From contig NC_010655.1 of NCBI RefSeq assembly GCF_000020225.1, forward strand, positions 1,740,001 through 1,772,000: a DNA stretch of 32,000 nt, in the 5' to 3' direction. A model generated the notes under the pieces. It searched no databases. It saw only the letters and a program-made list of their open reading frames with translations, and had not been told where the DNA came from. Source of the DNA: Akkermansia muciniphila ATCC BAA-835 (GTDB taxonomy: Bacteria; Verrucomicrobiota; Verrucomicrobiia; Verrucomicrobiales; Akkermansiaceae). Each line of letters starts with the position of its first letter. Position 1 is the first letter of the stretch. Below are positions 7,355 to 15,605 of this stretch, piece by piece. A program made the translations under genes and the position numbers.

Positions 7355-8368
7355 ATGAGTGATTTATTTGAAAAAAAGCTGTTCCTTTCTCCGGCCGCGC
7401 GCAGGCACGGCGGAAAAGCGGGCTTTGCGCTGGGTCGCATTCTTTCCGTCATCTTTTTCGTGATCGCGCTGGGAATGTTTTTCGGCGGTCTTTTCTTCTG
7501 GCTCCAGAAGCGCCAGGCATCCCTGGATTCCGGAGCGGCCGCGCGGATTTGCGCCACGCCGGAGATGTTGTCCGGAGAATTGAAAGCCGCTCTGAAAGAC
7601 AGGGTGGACTATAGTTTCTGGCCTCCTTATCACATTTCTCCGATGGAAAAGCAGGACCTGCTGCGCAACTGCCTGGCGGAGGCACAGAAATATCTGAGCG
7701 CCGCGGATGTGGTTCAAAAATCCTCTTTTGTGTGGAAGTCCCTGCAATCGCTTCCTTTAATGGTCAGGCATTACGCCATGTCTCCGCCTGAGGCGATTGT
7801 CAGCAGGCCTAAGGGGCCTAAAAGCTTTGCCGTGTTTGAGGTGGAGGGGCATCCCTGCGCCCAGCTCCTGGTTGGTTTTGAAAAGACTCCCGATATGGAA
7901 TTCTGTTTTTTCAAGGATGAACAGGATGGTTCCTGGAAGCTGGACTGGCAGCAGTTTGCCCGCTTTCAGCCGATGAACTGGGAGGATTTTGTACGGGGAA
8001 AAGGGGAGGATATTGCGGAATTCCGCGTATGGATGGTTCGGGAGCGCATGTCGGAAAATAAGGATGACTATGCATTTAAGCTGATTGCTCCCGGGATGAA
8101 CGGTTCCGAAGAGCGCAGCATTGCCCGTCCCATGGTGTATGTCCCCAGAAAATCGGAAATGGGCAAGCGTTTGTTCATGTTGTTTAAGATTAATGAGGAG
8201 ATGGAACATTCCCCATACCGGGTGTTGAACGCCAATGACGAGGCTGACATGCTCCGCACGCGGGTTCTTCTTTCCCGCAGCAAAGAGCCCAACCGCAAGG
8301 GGGAATATTCCTTTACGCTGGTCAGGCTGCTGGGGGAAGGCTGGTACGGCCTTTCTTTCCCAGAATAA
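7355..8368 (+). CDS. Hypothetical single-pass membrane protein
   Basis: 337-aa ORF starting at MSDLFEKK (ATG 7355). It has one clear TM helix (ILSVIFFVIALGMFFGGLFFWL) followed by a soluble domain. I recognise no family. Confidence 0.65.
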   Translation: MSDLFEKKLFLSPAARRHGGKAGFALGRILSVIFFVIALGMFFGGLFFWLQKRQASLDSGAAARICATPEMLSGELKAALKDRVDYSFWPPYHISPMEKQDLLRNCLAEAQKYLSAADVVQKSSFVWKSLQSLPLMVRHYAMSPPEAIVSRPKGPKSFAVFEVEGHPCAQLLVGFEKTPDMEFCFFKDEQDGSWKLDWQQFARFQPMNWEDFVRGKGEDIAEFRVWMVRERMSENKDDYAFKLIAPGMNGSEERSIARPMVYVPRKSEMGKRLFMLFKINEEMEHSPYRVLNANDEADMLRTRVLLSRSKEPNRKGEYSFTLVRLLGEGWYGLSFPE

Positions 8369-8418
8369 AAAGGAAGGATTGGGCCGGCCTCTTGCTTTGC
8401 GGGGGATGGGGATGCGTT

Positions 8419-8853
8419 TTACCGGCGATGGAAACGGGGAGGGGGCCCTTCATGTGGGCGCCTGGGGCGGTGGGGCCGGAAAGGGGGCGGGCATGGCGTA
8501 AGGCGTGCGGCATGATGTCCGCGGCAGACGCCCGCCGGCCAGAAAGGGCCGTGGTAATGCGGCCTGGGGTTCCATGCAGGAACATGGCAGCCGCGGTAGA
8601 TGTCCCTGATGACGTAAATGGGTGCGCCTGCAGGGGTATAGGCGTAAATGGGCCGTCCGCATGGGGAATATCCCCAGATGGGGAATCCGGAGGGGTCATA
8701 CAGGAAAACGGCCTGCCCTGCCGCAGGTACGCGGATTTCGCCATGCAGGTGAATCCCGGCTTCCGCAGCGGGGGAGGAAAAGGCCAGGAGGGCAGATATG
8801 GCGCTTCCGGCGCAGCAGGCAAGAAGATGGTTTCCGGCAGGGTTGTTGTTCAT
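8419..8853 (-). CDS. Hypothetical small secreted Pro/His/Arg-rich protein
   Basis: An internal start at MNNNPAGNHLLACCAGSAISALLAFSSPAAEA gives a signal-peptide-like N-terminus with a possible LLAC lipobox. It carries repeated G.PI(W/Y).Y motifs and a PPPFRPHRPRRPHEGPPPRFHRR tail. Two other ORFs of about 166 aa overlap it and look random. Coding status is uncertain. Confidence 0.4.
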   Translation of the reverse strand: MNNNPAGNHLLACCAGSAISALLAFSSPAAEAGIHLHGEIRVPAAGQAVFLYDPSGFPIWGYSPCGRPIYAYTPAGAPIYVIRDIYRGCHVPAWNPRPHYHGPFWPAGVCRGHHAARLTPCPPPFRPHRPRRPHEGPPPRFHRR

Positions 8854-9000
8854 CGGTTTTTTGAATGGTGGTTGACGGCAGTTATCCGATAGAGCGGAGT
8901 CCCCGTCCCGTTTTGTGTAATTTTCCATGCCCGTCATTCAGGGAGGGGGTAAGGGGAATACCGTCTTGACCTGGAGGGGAGCCCCGGGCAAAGTGACCGC

Positions 9001-9786
9001 GTGACGAGATTCAGACCATGCATTGATTTACACGGCGGGCGCGTGAAGCAGATTGTGGGCGGCACCCTGACGCAGGATGGCGTTTCATTGCGCACCAATT
9101 TCGTCTCCGACCGCGGCGCGGCATGGTATGCGGATTTGTACCGCAGGGACGGTCTGAGCGGAGGGCATGTGATCAAGCTGGGCCCAGGGAACGACCATGC
9201 GGCGCGGGAGGCCCTGGCGGCATGGCCGGGAGGCCTTCAGGTGGGCGGCGGCATGACGCCGGAAAACGCGGAGGAATGGATTTCCGCCGGGGCCAGCCAT
9301 GTGATTGTTACCTCCTGCCTGTTTGATGCGGAGGGAACGCTGCGGATGGACAGGCTGAAGGATCTTGTTTCCGCAGTGGGCGCGGAACGGCTGGTGCTGG
9401 ATTTGAGCTGCCGCAGGGTTCAGGGAGGCTGGGCCGTAGCTATGAACCGGTGGCAGACTTTGACGGAACTCCGGGTAACGGCGGAGACGCTGGATGTTCT
9501 GGCGGAACATTGCGCGGAGTTTCTTATTCATGCGGCGGATGTGGAAGGGCTCTGTTCCGGCATTGACCGGGAACTGGTGGAAATGCTGGGAAACTGGCGC
9601 CGTCTGCCCATGACATATGCCGGAGGCATCAGCCGCATTCAGGATATTGACGAAATAGACGCTTTGAGCGGCGGAACCATGGATGCCACGGTGGGGAGCG
9701 CTTTGGATTTGTTTGGCGGCGGTTTAATCAGGTACGGGGATCTGGTGGCCAGGCAGCGCGGGAAGTCCGGCATGGAAACGGTATGA
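9001..9786 (+). CDS. hisA: Eukaryote-type (His6-like) ProFAR isomerase HisA
   Basis: It aligns end to end with yeast His6: (M)[83 protein letters not shown], YAGG. The GTG start at 9001 is supported by the N-terminal alignment. Confidence 0.9.
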   Translation: [261 protein letters not shown]

Positions 9787-10073
9787 AACTGGCTCTGAAA
9801 GTTATTCCCAATGCGAAGAAGAGCGAGGCCGTGGGATGGGAGGAAGATCCCCGTGCCGGCCGCGCGCTGAAGCTGCGCATTGCCGCGCCTCCCGTGGAGG
9901 GAAAGGCGAACAAGGCCGTCGTCCTTTTCCTGTCCGCTTGGCTGGATATTCCCCGTTCCTCCATCAGCTTTCTGCGCGGGGAATCCTCCCGGCTGAAAGT
10001 GGTGGAATTGCCGGACGGATGCGAGGGAAAACTTGCCCGGCTGCTTTCTGCGGAGGATGTTTCCGGCGCTTAG
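9783..10073 (+). CDS. DUF167 (YggU/UPF0235) family protein
   Basis: 96 aa. The pattern KVIPNAKKSEAVGW...LKLRIAAPPVEGKANKAVVLFLS..L.IPRSSISFLRGESSRLKVVEL is the typical YggU signature. Its start overlaps the hisA stop by 4 nt (ATGA). Confidence 0.8.
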   Translation: MKLALKVIPNAKKSEAVGWEEDPRAGRALKLRIAAPPVEGKANKAVVLFLSAWLDIPRSSISFLRGESSRLKVVELPDGCEGKLARLLSAEDVSGA

Positions 10074-10172
10074 GAAAGCCGGGCGGAAGGCAGGCATTTT
10101 CTTTATGCGTAGAAGGGTTGCATCAGGCGCGGTCCATTACGCGTCAAACGTCATCCATGTCTTAGCAGGCCG

Positions 10173-10201
10173 TTGACGCATCCGGTAAAAGAATTTACAT
10201 T
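10173..10201 (+). promoter_or_regulatory. Candidate sigma70-type promoter for grpE-dnaJ (TTGACG-17 nt-TACATT)
   Basis: The -35 is TTGACG at 10173-10178. The spacer is 17 nt. The -10 is TACATT at 10196-10201, only 6 nt before the grpE ATG (10208). Confidence 0.35.
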
Positions 10202-10207
10202 GCCCGC

Positions 10208-10762
10208 ATGAGCGACGAAGAGAAAGAGAAAAACGCGGAAGCGGAAGAGCTGGAGGCTCAGGAACAGGTGCAGGATGCTCCTGCCGAGGAGAAGGTGGCG
10301 GAACCTTCCCTGGAAGAGGAATTGCTTAAATGGCGGGATGCCGCCATGCGCACTGCTGCGGAATATGATAACTACCGCAAGCGCATGGTGAAGGAAAAGG
10401 AGGAATGCGCCAAGTTCGCCAATCAGCGCCTGCTGGAAGAACTTCTACCCGTCATTGATAATTTTGAAATGGGCATGGCCGCCGCCAGCGCAGATGCCTC
10501 CTCCATGATTTACATCGGCATGAGCATGGTGAAGAAGCAGCTGGACGAATTTCTCGCCGGCAATGGCGTGAGCGCCGTGGAGCCTGTGGTGGGAAGCATG
10601 TTTGACCACGCCACGGAGGAAGCTCTTCAGCGGGAACCCTCCGACCAGCCGGAAGGCACCGTTCTGCGCGTTATCCGCAAGGGGTATATGCTGAAAGACA
10701 GGCTTCTGCGCCCGGCGAACGTGGTTGTCGCCCATACTCCGGAACCCGAACCGCAAGTCTGA
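10208..10762 (+). CDS. grpE: Nucleotide exchange factor GrpE
   Basis: Acidic N-terminus, then LLKWRDAAMRTAAEYDNYRKRMVKEKEE...LLPVIDNFE...GY.L.DRLLRPA.V.V, which is the canonical GrpE pattern. Confidence 0.95.
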   Translation: MSDEEKEKNAEAEELEAQEQVQDAPAEEKVAEPSLEEELLKWRDAAMRTAAEYDNYRKRMVKEKEECAKFANQRLLEELLPVIDNFEMGMAAASADASSMIYIGMSMVKKQLDEFLAGNGVSAVEPVVGSMFDHATEEALQREPSDQPEGTVLRVIRKGYMLKDRLLRPANVVVAHTPEPEPQV

Positions 10763-10786
10763 CCGTTTTTTTAACATTCACGCCAC

Positions 10787-11944
10787 ATGGCTAAAAAAGA
10801 TTATTACGAAATTCTCGGCGTTTCCAAGGACGCTACTGACGATGAGATTAAGAAGGCCTATCGCAAGCTGGCCTTAAAGTACCATCCGGACCGCAACCCG
10901 GACGACCCGTCCGCAGAAGAAAAGTTCAAGGAGCTGGGAGAGGCCTATGAGGTGCTTTCCGATGCGGACAAGAGGGCTGCCTACGACCGCTTCGGCCATG
11001 CCGCCTTTGAACAGGGCGGCCCCGCTGCGGGCGGCGGTTATGCCGGGGGAGGGTTCCAGGATCCGATGGATATTTTCGCCCAGATGTTTTCCGGAATGGG
11101 CGGTTTTGCGGATATGTTCGGAGGCGCCGGCCGCGGCGGCCAGAAAAGGTCCACCAAGAGACCCGGTTCCGATTTGCGCTATGATTTGGACATCACGCTG
11201 GAAGAGGCTGCGAAGGGATGCGCCAAGAAGCTTGAGATTGAGCGTCTGGTGACTTGCAAGACCTGCCACGGCACCGGGGCCAGGGATGGAAAGGAAGCGT
11301 TCAAGTCCTGTCCTACCTGCCAGGGGCGCGGCATCATTACCCAGCAGAGCGGCTTTTTCGTCCAGCAGTCCACCTGCCCCACCTGCCACGGCACCGGGGA
11401 AATCATCTCGGACCCATGCCCCGTCTGCCGCGGGGAAGGGCGCGTCAGGGAGGATTCCCACATCACCATCCGTATTCCTGCGGGCGTTGCCACGGGCAGC
11501 CAGCTCCGCATCGCCGGGGAAGGGGATGCCGGGGTGCATGGCGGCCCTACCGGGGATCTGCACGTGTTTATTGACGTCAAACCGCACGATATTTTCCAGA
11601 GGGAGGGCAACGACCTGAGCTGCACGGTTCCGGTTCCGCTTTCCCTGGCTGTTTCCGGCGGCAGGCTGAAAGTGCCCACGCTGGAAGGCGCGGCCACCAT
11701 CAAGCTGCCGGAAGGAACGCAGAACGGCATGATCTTCCGTCTGCGCGGCAAGGGGGTAAAGGCCCTTCGCAGTTCGGACGTGGGGGATATGCTGGTGGAG
11801 GTGGAGGTGGAAATCCCCTCCCGGCTTACCAAGGAGCAGATGGATAAGCTGAACGCGTTTGCCTCTGCCCTGGATGAAAATCGGAACCAGCCGGCTTGCG
11901 TGGAGTTTGCCGACAAGGCGGCGCGTTACCTGAAGGGCAAATAA
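10787..11944 (+). CDS. dnaJ: Molecular chaperone DnaJ (type I)
   Basis: J domain ([33 protein letters not shown]), a G/F-rich linker, and four CxxCxGxG motifs ([32 protein letters not shown]). Confidence 0.97.
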   Translation: MAKKDYYEILGVSKDATDDEIKKAYRKLALKYHPDRNPDDPSAEEKFKELGEAYEVLSDADKRAAYDRFGHAAFEQGGPAAGGGYAGGGFQDPMDIFAQMFSGMGGFADMFGGAGRGGQKRSTKRPGSDLRYDLDITLEEAAKGCAKKLEIERLVTCKTCHGTGARDGKEAFKSCPTCQGRGIITQQSGFFVQQSTCPTCHGTGEIISDPCPVCRGEGRVREDSHITIRIPAGVATGSQLRIAGEGDAGVHGGPTGDLHVFIDVKPHDIFQREGNDLSCTVPVPLSLAVSGGRLKVPTLEGAATIKLPEGTQNGMIFRLRGKGVKALRSSDVGDMLVEVEVEIPSRLTKEQMDKLNAFASALDENRNQPACVEFADKAARYLKGK

Positions 11945-11966
11945 GGTCCGTTTCCCTTTTTCAGAC

Positions 11967-12704
11967 ATGGCCCGCTTTTTCCTCCCGCCTTCCGAATGGG
12001 CTGCTCCCGCCTGGGAGCTGCGAGGGGATGAAGCGCACCATGCCGCCAAGGTTCTGCGCCTGAAGCAGGGTGACTCCTGCATCGTGTTTGACGGTTGCGG
12101 CCGTGCGGCCCACGCTGTGGTGGCGGAACCTCCGCGCAGCTCCGGCGTGCTGCTGGTTCCGGGGGAGGAATGTCCTCCTTCTCCCCCCGTGGCCCATTTG
12201 ACGCTGTGCCAGGCTGTTCCCAAGGGGGCCAACATGGATCTCATTATCCAAAAGTCTGTGGAACTGGGTGTTTCTGCCATTGTTCCGCTCGTGACGGACC
12301 GCACGATCGTGCGCCTGAATGCCCGGGAGGCTGAGGCCAAAAGGCAGAAATGGCAGCGCATCGCCTTGGAGGCCTGCAAGCAGTGCGGCCAGAACACGCT
12401 GCCGGAAGTGGCGCTTCCCGTTCCCTTTGCGGAATGGCTGCGCGGAGGAATTCCGGAAGGACTGAATATTATCGCCTCTCTGGCGCCCGGAGTGCGACCG
12501 GTCAGGGAAGTGCTGGAGACCGCCCGTTCCCGTTCCGTCCGTCACGCTTCTCTGCTGGTGGGGCCGGAGGGGGATTTTACGGACCGGGAGACGGCCATGG
12601 CGTTGGAAGCGGGGTTTGTTCCCGTCACGCTTGGCCCTATCGTTCTCCGGGTGGAGACGGCCGCCTTTTTCGGCCTGGCCGCCATGCGGTACGCCCTGGA
12701 CTGA
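11967..12704 (+). CDS. rsmE: 16S rRNA (uracil1498-N3)-methyltransferase RsmE
   Basis: MARFFLPP...GDEAHHAAKVLRLKQGD at the N-terminus (PUA-like), then LCQAVPKGANMDLIIQKSVELGVS.IVPL and LLVGPEGDFTDRE...G...V.LGP.VLR.ETAA (SPOUT knot). Confidence 0.9.
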   Translation: MARFFLPPSEWAAPAWELRGDEAHHAAKVLRLKQGDSCIVFDGCGRAAHAVVAEPPRSSGVLLVPGEECPPSPPVAHLTLCQAVPKGANMDLIIQKSVELGVSAIVPLVTDRTIVRLNAREAEAKRQKWQRIALEACKQCGQNTLPEVALPVPFAEWLRGGIPEGLNIIASLAPGVRPVREVLETARSRSVRHASLLVGPEGDFTDRETAMALEAGFVPVTLGPIVLRVETAAFFGLAAMRYALD

Positions 12705-12725
12705 GTTTTTTTCATACGCATTCCC

Positions 12726-13718
12726 ATGTTTAAAAATATCATTTTCGACTGGTCCGGCACCCTGGTGGACGACCTGGCCCTGACGCTGGACGCCTCCAAC
12801 TACGTTTTTTCCCAATACGGGAAACCCTGCATGAACAGGGATGAATTTCGCGCGGAATTCCAGCTTCCCTATCCGGACTATTATGCCCGGGTGCTGCCCC
12901 ACGCGGATCTGGATGAACTGGAAGACCATTTCCGGTACGCCTTCCGCGTTTCCAATGCTCCGGTGGAAGTGCTGCCGAATGCCCGGGAATTCCTGGAGTT
13001 CTGCCGCGCGCGTGGCGTGCGCTGCTTTATTCTTACCAGCGTGGACGCCAAGGAGTTTGATACCCAATGCAGGGAGCTGGGCATGATGGAATATTTTGAA
13101 GCCATTCATGCGGGCATCCGCCATAAGGATGCCCACATTCATACCCTGCTGGCCCAGCACGGGCTGCATGCCCATGAAACCGCGTTTATCGGGGACATGC
13201 AGCATGATGTGGAAACGGCTCACCACGCGGGCATCACATCCATTGCCGTTTTGACCGGCTACAATGACGCAGCGCAGCTTTCCAAGGCTAGGCCGGACAT
13301 GATCGTCCCGGACCTGCTTGTTCTGCGCACGCTGATGCGCCGTTACGCGCTCCCTTCCGATACGCAGGATTCCATCAATATCAATGGTCTTGAACTGGAT
13401 ACCTTCATTGGCGTTCCGGACGAGGAGCGCTCTTCCATGCAGACCCTGAAAGCGGACATCTCTTTTTATCCGGAGGAGGCTTTGTCCGGCCTGAACGATG
13501 ATTTTTCCAGAACCGTCTGTTATGATTCCATTGCCCGTGCGCTCCGGGCAGAGGCCATGGCGCGTCCACGCAAGCTGGTGGAAACGCTGGCAGAGGATAT
13601 GGGAAAGGTTTGCCTGAAGGAATTCGGCGCGCGGCACGTGGTTGTTACCCTGCGCAAGTTTATTCTGCCGCGGACGGACAGCGTTTCCGTAACGGTGCAT
13701 GTTTCCCGGCACCGGTAA
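12726..13718 (+). CDS. Fusion protein: HAD-superfamily (subfamily IA-like) hydrolase + dihydroneopterin aldolase (FolB) domain
   Basis: N-terminal HAD motifs: I IIFDWSGTLVDD, II ILTS, III K in IRHKD, IV IGDMQHD. The C-terminal about 115 aa (ININGLELDTFIGVPDEERSSMQTLKADISF...NDDFSRTVCYDSIA...LVETLAEDMGKVCLKEF....VVVTLRKF...SVSVTVHVSR) fits the FolB/DHNA fold, including the conserved Glu/Glu/Lys positions. Confidence 0.8.
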   Translation: MFKNIIFDWSGTLVDDLALTLDASNYVFSQYGKPCMNRDEFRAEFQLPYPDYYARVLPHADLDELEDHFRYAFRVSNAPVEVLPNAREFLEFCRARGVRCFILTSVDAKEFDTQCRELGMMEYFEAIHAGIRHKDAHIHTLLAQHGLHAHETAFIGDMQHDVETAHHAGITSIAVLTGYNDAAQLSKARPDMIVPDLLVLRTLMRRYALPSDTQDSININGLELDTFIGVPDEERSSMQTLKADISFYPEEALSGLNDDFSRTVCYDSIARALRAEAMARPRKLVETLAEDMGKVCLKEFGARHVVVTLRKFILPRTDSVSVTVHVSRHR

Positions 13719-13730
13719 GAAAGAGGTTTT

Positions 13731-15521
13731 CTACCGGATATCCACCGCCTTTTCCTCAGGGATTTTCTTCCCGTCTTTGGTGAAAGTGTTTTTCTCCGCC
13801 TTGACGTCACCGGTATGGCGAATGCGGATGGCGGTTCCGTTTTTGAGGTCAAACGTGTTTCCGGTAATGGTGATGTTCCGGTGAACGTCCCCTTCCGGCC
13901 GTGGAGCGTGCGGCACGATCTGGATGACGGCTTCTCCGCATTGGATAAAGGTATTGCGGGAAATGGTCATGTTCCTGACCACGCCGGATTCATACCAGCC
14001 GGAGGCGTCATCTTCCACCAGGATGGCGGGCATGCCCGTTTTTTCAAACCGGCACCGTTCAACCAGCACCGGCTTCCTAGTGGTGAGCAGGAAGCCCCTG
14101 GTGGGAATGTGGCGGCATACCGTATTGCTGATGTGGACGGACGGCGTCCATGTGACGTTTTCCACAACATCGTCAGGCTGGATGTTCCCGGGATTGGGAT
14201 GTTGCAATGTAAGTTCTATTTCCTTTTCATTGAGTTGTTTGACGCCGGAAACGGTATTGGATGCATAAGGTACCAGCGTGTTGCAGGAAACATAATCGAT
14301 CCGGTCTCCTGCGGCAAAGGCGTCAAAGCCGAAGGTCTGGGGATGCATGAACCGGACGGTGATTTTGTTGGGGGCCGGCCTGTCTATAATGCGCAAGTGG
14401 GTTCCATGAACATTAACGGCGTCATCATGGGAGGCTCCCAGCACGCAATCTTTGACGATGATTTTTCCCCGGCATCCGGAAAAGTGCAGATTATCCGCCC
14501 AGGAGGAATTGGTGCGGAGGGAACGGGGGCGCGGGGCTATTTTCAAGTGGCTGAACATGATGTTCTCGCAGAACTGGGAAACGACGCCCATGCCGTGCAT
14601 ATAGTAAATATGGCAGTTATTCCAGAGGATGTTTTTGCTTCTGTATTGAAAGAAGCCGCAGCAGTCCCTCCGGGTATTGCGGTTCTGGTAGGATTGGCCC
14701 GGTTTCATGGTTGGTGAGCCTTCCTTGAACGTAATGCTGATTTTTCCGGGAGACAATTCTCTGATGACTGTTTTCCCGGGGTCGAAACGGCCCTGGAAAG
14801 TGCCGGAGGCGGAATCGAAAACTTTGGAATACCCTCCCATGCGGAATTCCCAGCCGGGTCCGTGCCAGGTCAGGTTTCCATCCTTCACTGTGTACAGGGT
14901 TCCGTCCGGAATAGTTGCTTTCATGGTATCCCCTTCAACTTCCGTGACCAGAAATTCTCCCATGGTCGGATGCAGGTAATCAAAACCCAGGCCGTTCAGG
15001 GAAACGTTTTCCGCATGTTCCATGCAGACAAAGATGGCTTTTCCTTCCAGCAGGATGTCGGTGGCTCCCGGCTTTCCCTCCAGGCGTATGTTTTTGGCTT
15101 CCATCAGGCGGATAGCCATGGCCTTGGGCTCGTTGGGCGCATCGTTGGTGTTGGAAATCTGCGGTTTTCCGGTCATCAGGGCACCGTGTTTGAAGATATG
15201 CCTGCCGGGCATGAACCGGATGGTGACCGGGGCCTGTTTGGAACCTTCCCCCATCAGCGCCAGGGAGACGGCATGTTCCCCCGGATGGATGACGAGCGTA
15301 TCTCCCCGCGCCATGATGAGACGGTTGGCCGGCGCCATGCTTTTCCACGCCGTGGATGGGGCCGTTCCCGGATTGCCGTCATTTCCCTTGTCCGGGTCTA
15401 TATGCCAGACATGGTTCCCTGCGGATTGCGTGCGCTCCGTCCGTTCCGGATAATCCGCTGCCGGGCATGGCCCTGTCAACATTGCGAGAATAAAAAGCAG
15501 GGAGGCCACGGGGTTTTGCAT
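13731..15521 (-). CDS. Secreted right-handed parallel beta-helix (PbH1-repeat) carbohydrate-active enzyme; the family is not resolved (GH110-like alpha-galactosidase is one possibility)
   Basis: Signal peptide MQNPVASLLFILAMLTGPCPA/AD (start set at ATG 15519-15521). N-terminal WHIDPDKGNDGNPGT...P..S......A..GDTLVIHPGEH is typical of beta-helix enzymes. NI/NV-containing strands repeat (NILWNNCHI, ENIMFSHLKI, CVLGASHDDAVNVHG, ISNTVCRHIPTRGF, RNMTISRNTF, RNITITGNTF). Confidence 0.7.
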   Translation of the reverse strand: MQNPVASLLFILAMLTGPCPAADYPERTERTQSAGNHVWHIDPDKGNDGNPGTAPSTAWKSMAPANRLIMARGDTLVIHPGEHAVSLALMGEGSKQAPVTIRFMPGRHIFKHGALMTGKPQISNTNDAPNEPKAMAIRLMEAKNIRLEGKPGATDILLEGKAIFVCMEHAENVSLNGLGFDYLHPTMGEFLVTEVEGDTMKATIPDGTLYTVKDGNLTWHGPGWEFRMGGYSKVFDSASGTFQGRFDPGKTVIRELSPGKISITFKEGSPTMKPGQSYQNRNTRRDCCGFFQYRSKNILWNNCHIYYMHGMGVVSQFCENIMFSHLKIAPRPRSLRTNSSWADNLHFSGCRGKIIVKDCVLGASHDDAVNVHGTHLRIIDRPAPNKITVRFMHPQTFGFDAFAAGDRIDYVSCNTLVPYASNTVSGVKQLNEKEIELTLQHPNPGNIQPDDVVENVTWTPSVHISNTVCRHIPTRGFLLTTRKPVLVERCRFEKTGMPAILVEDDASGWYESGVVRNMTISRNTFIQCGEAVIQIVPHAPRPEGDVHRNITITGNTFDLKNGTAIRIRHTGDVKAEKNTFTKDGKKIPEEKAVDIR

Positions 15522-15605
15522 GCTGCAACTCCTACAGGAACACGGTTTTCGGGACAAGGATAATTCTTGCAGGGCCGGGAGAAAAAGCCGCAGCTTTTCC
15601 ATGGC

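Noticed and set aside
10150-10180. CIRCE (HrcA operator) upstream of grpE, suggested by a TTAGCA string at about 10162
   Set aside because: Only a half-site-like hexamer is present. The inverted partner GAGTGCTAA at a 9-nt spacing is absent.
10874-12397. 507-aa ORF on the minus strand
   Set aside because: It is antisense to dnaJ and rsmE, both of which have unmistakable family motifs. Its translation is Ala/Gly/Arg/Pro-rich with no motifs. It is a typical stop-free shadow frame in GC-rich DNA.
11961-13712. 583-aa ORF on the minus strand
   Set aside because: It is antisense to rsmE and the HAD-FolB gene. Its sequence is low-complexity, Gly/Arg/His-rich and motif-free.
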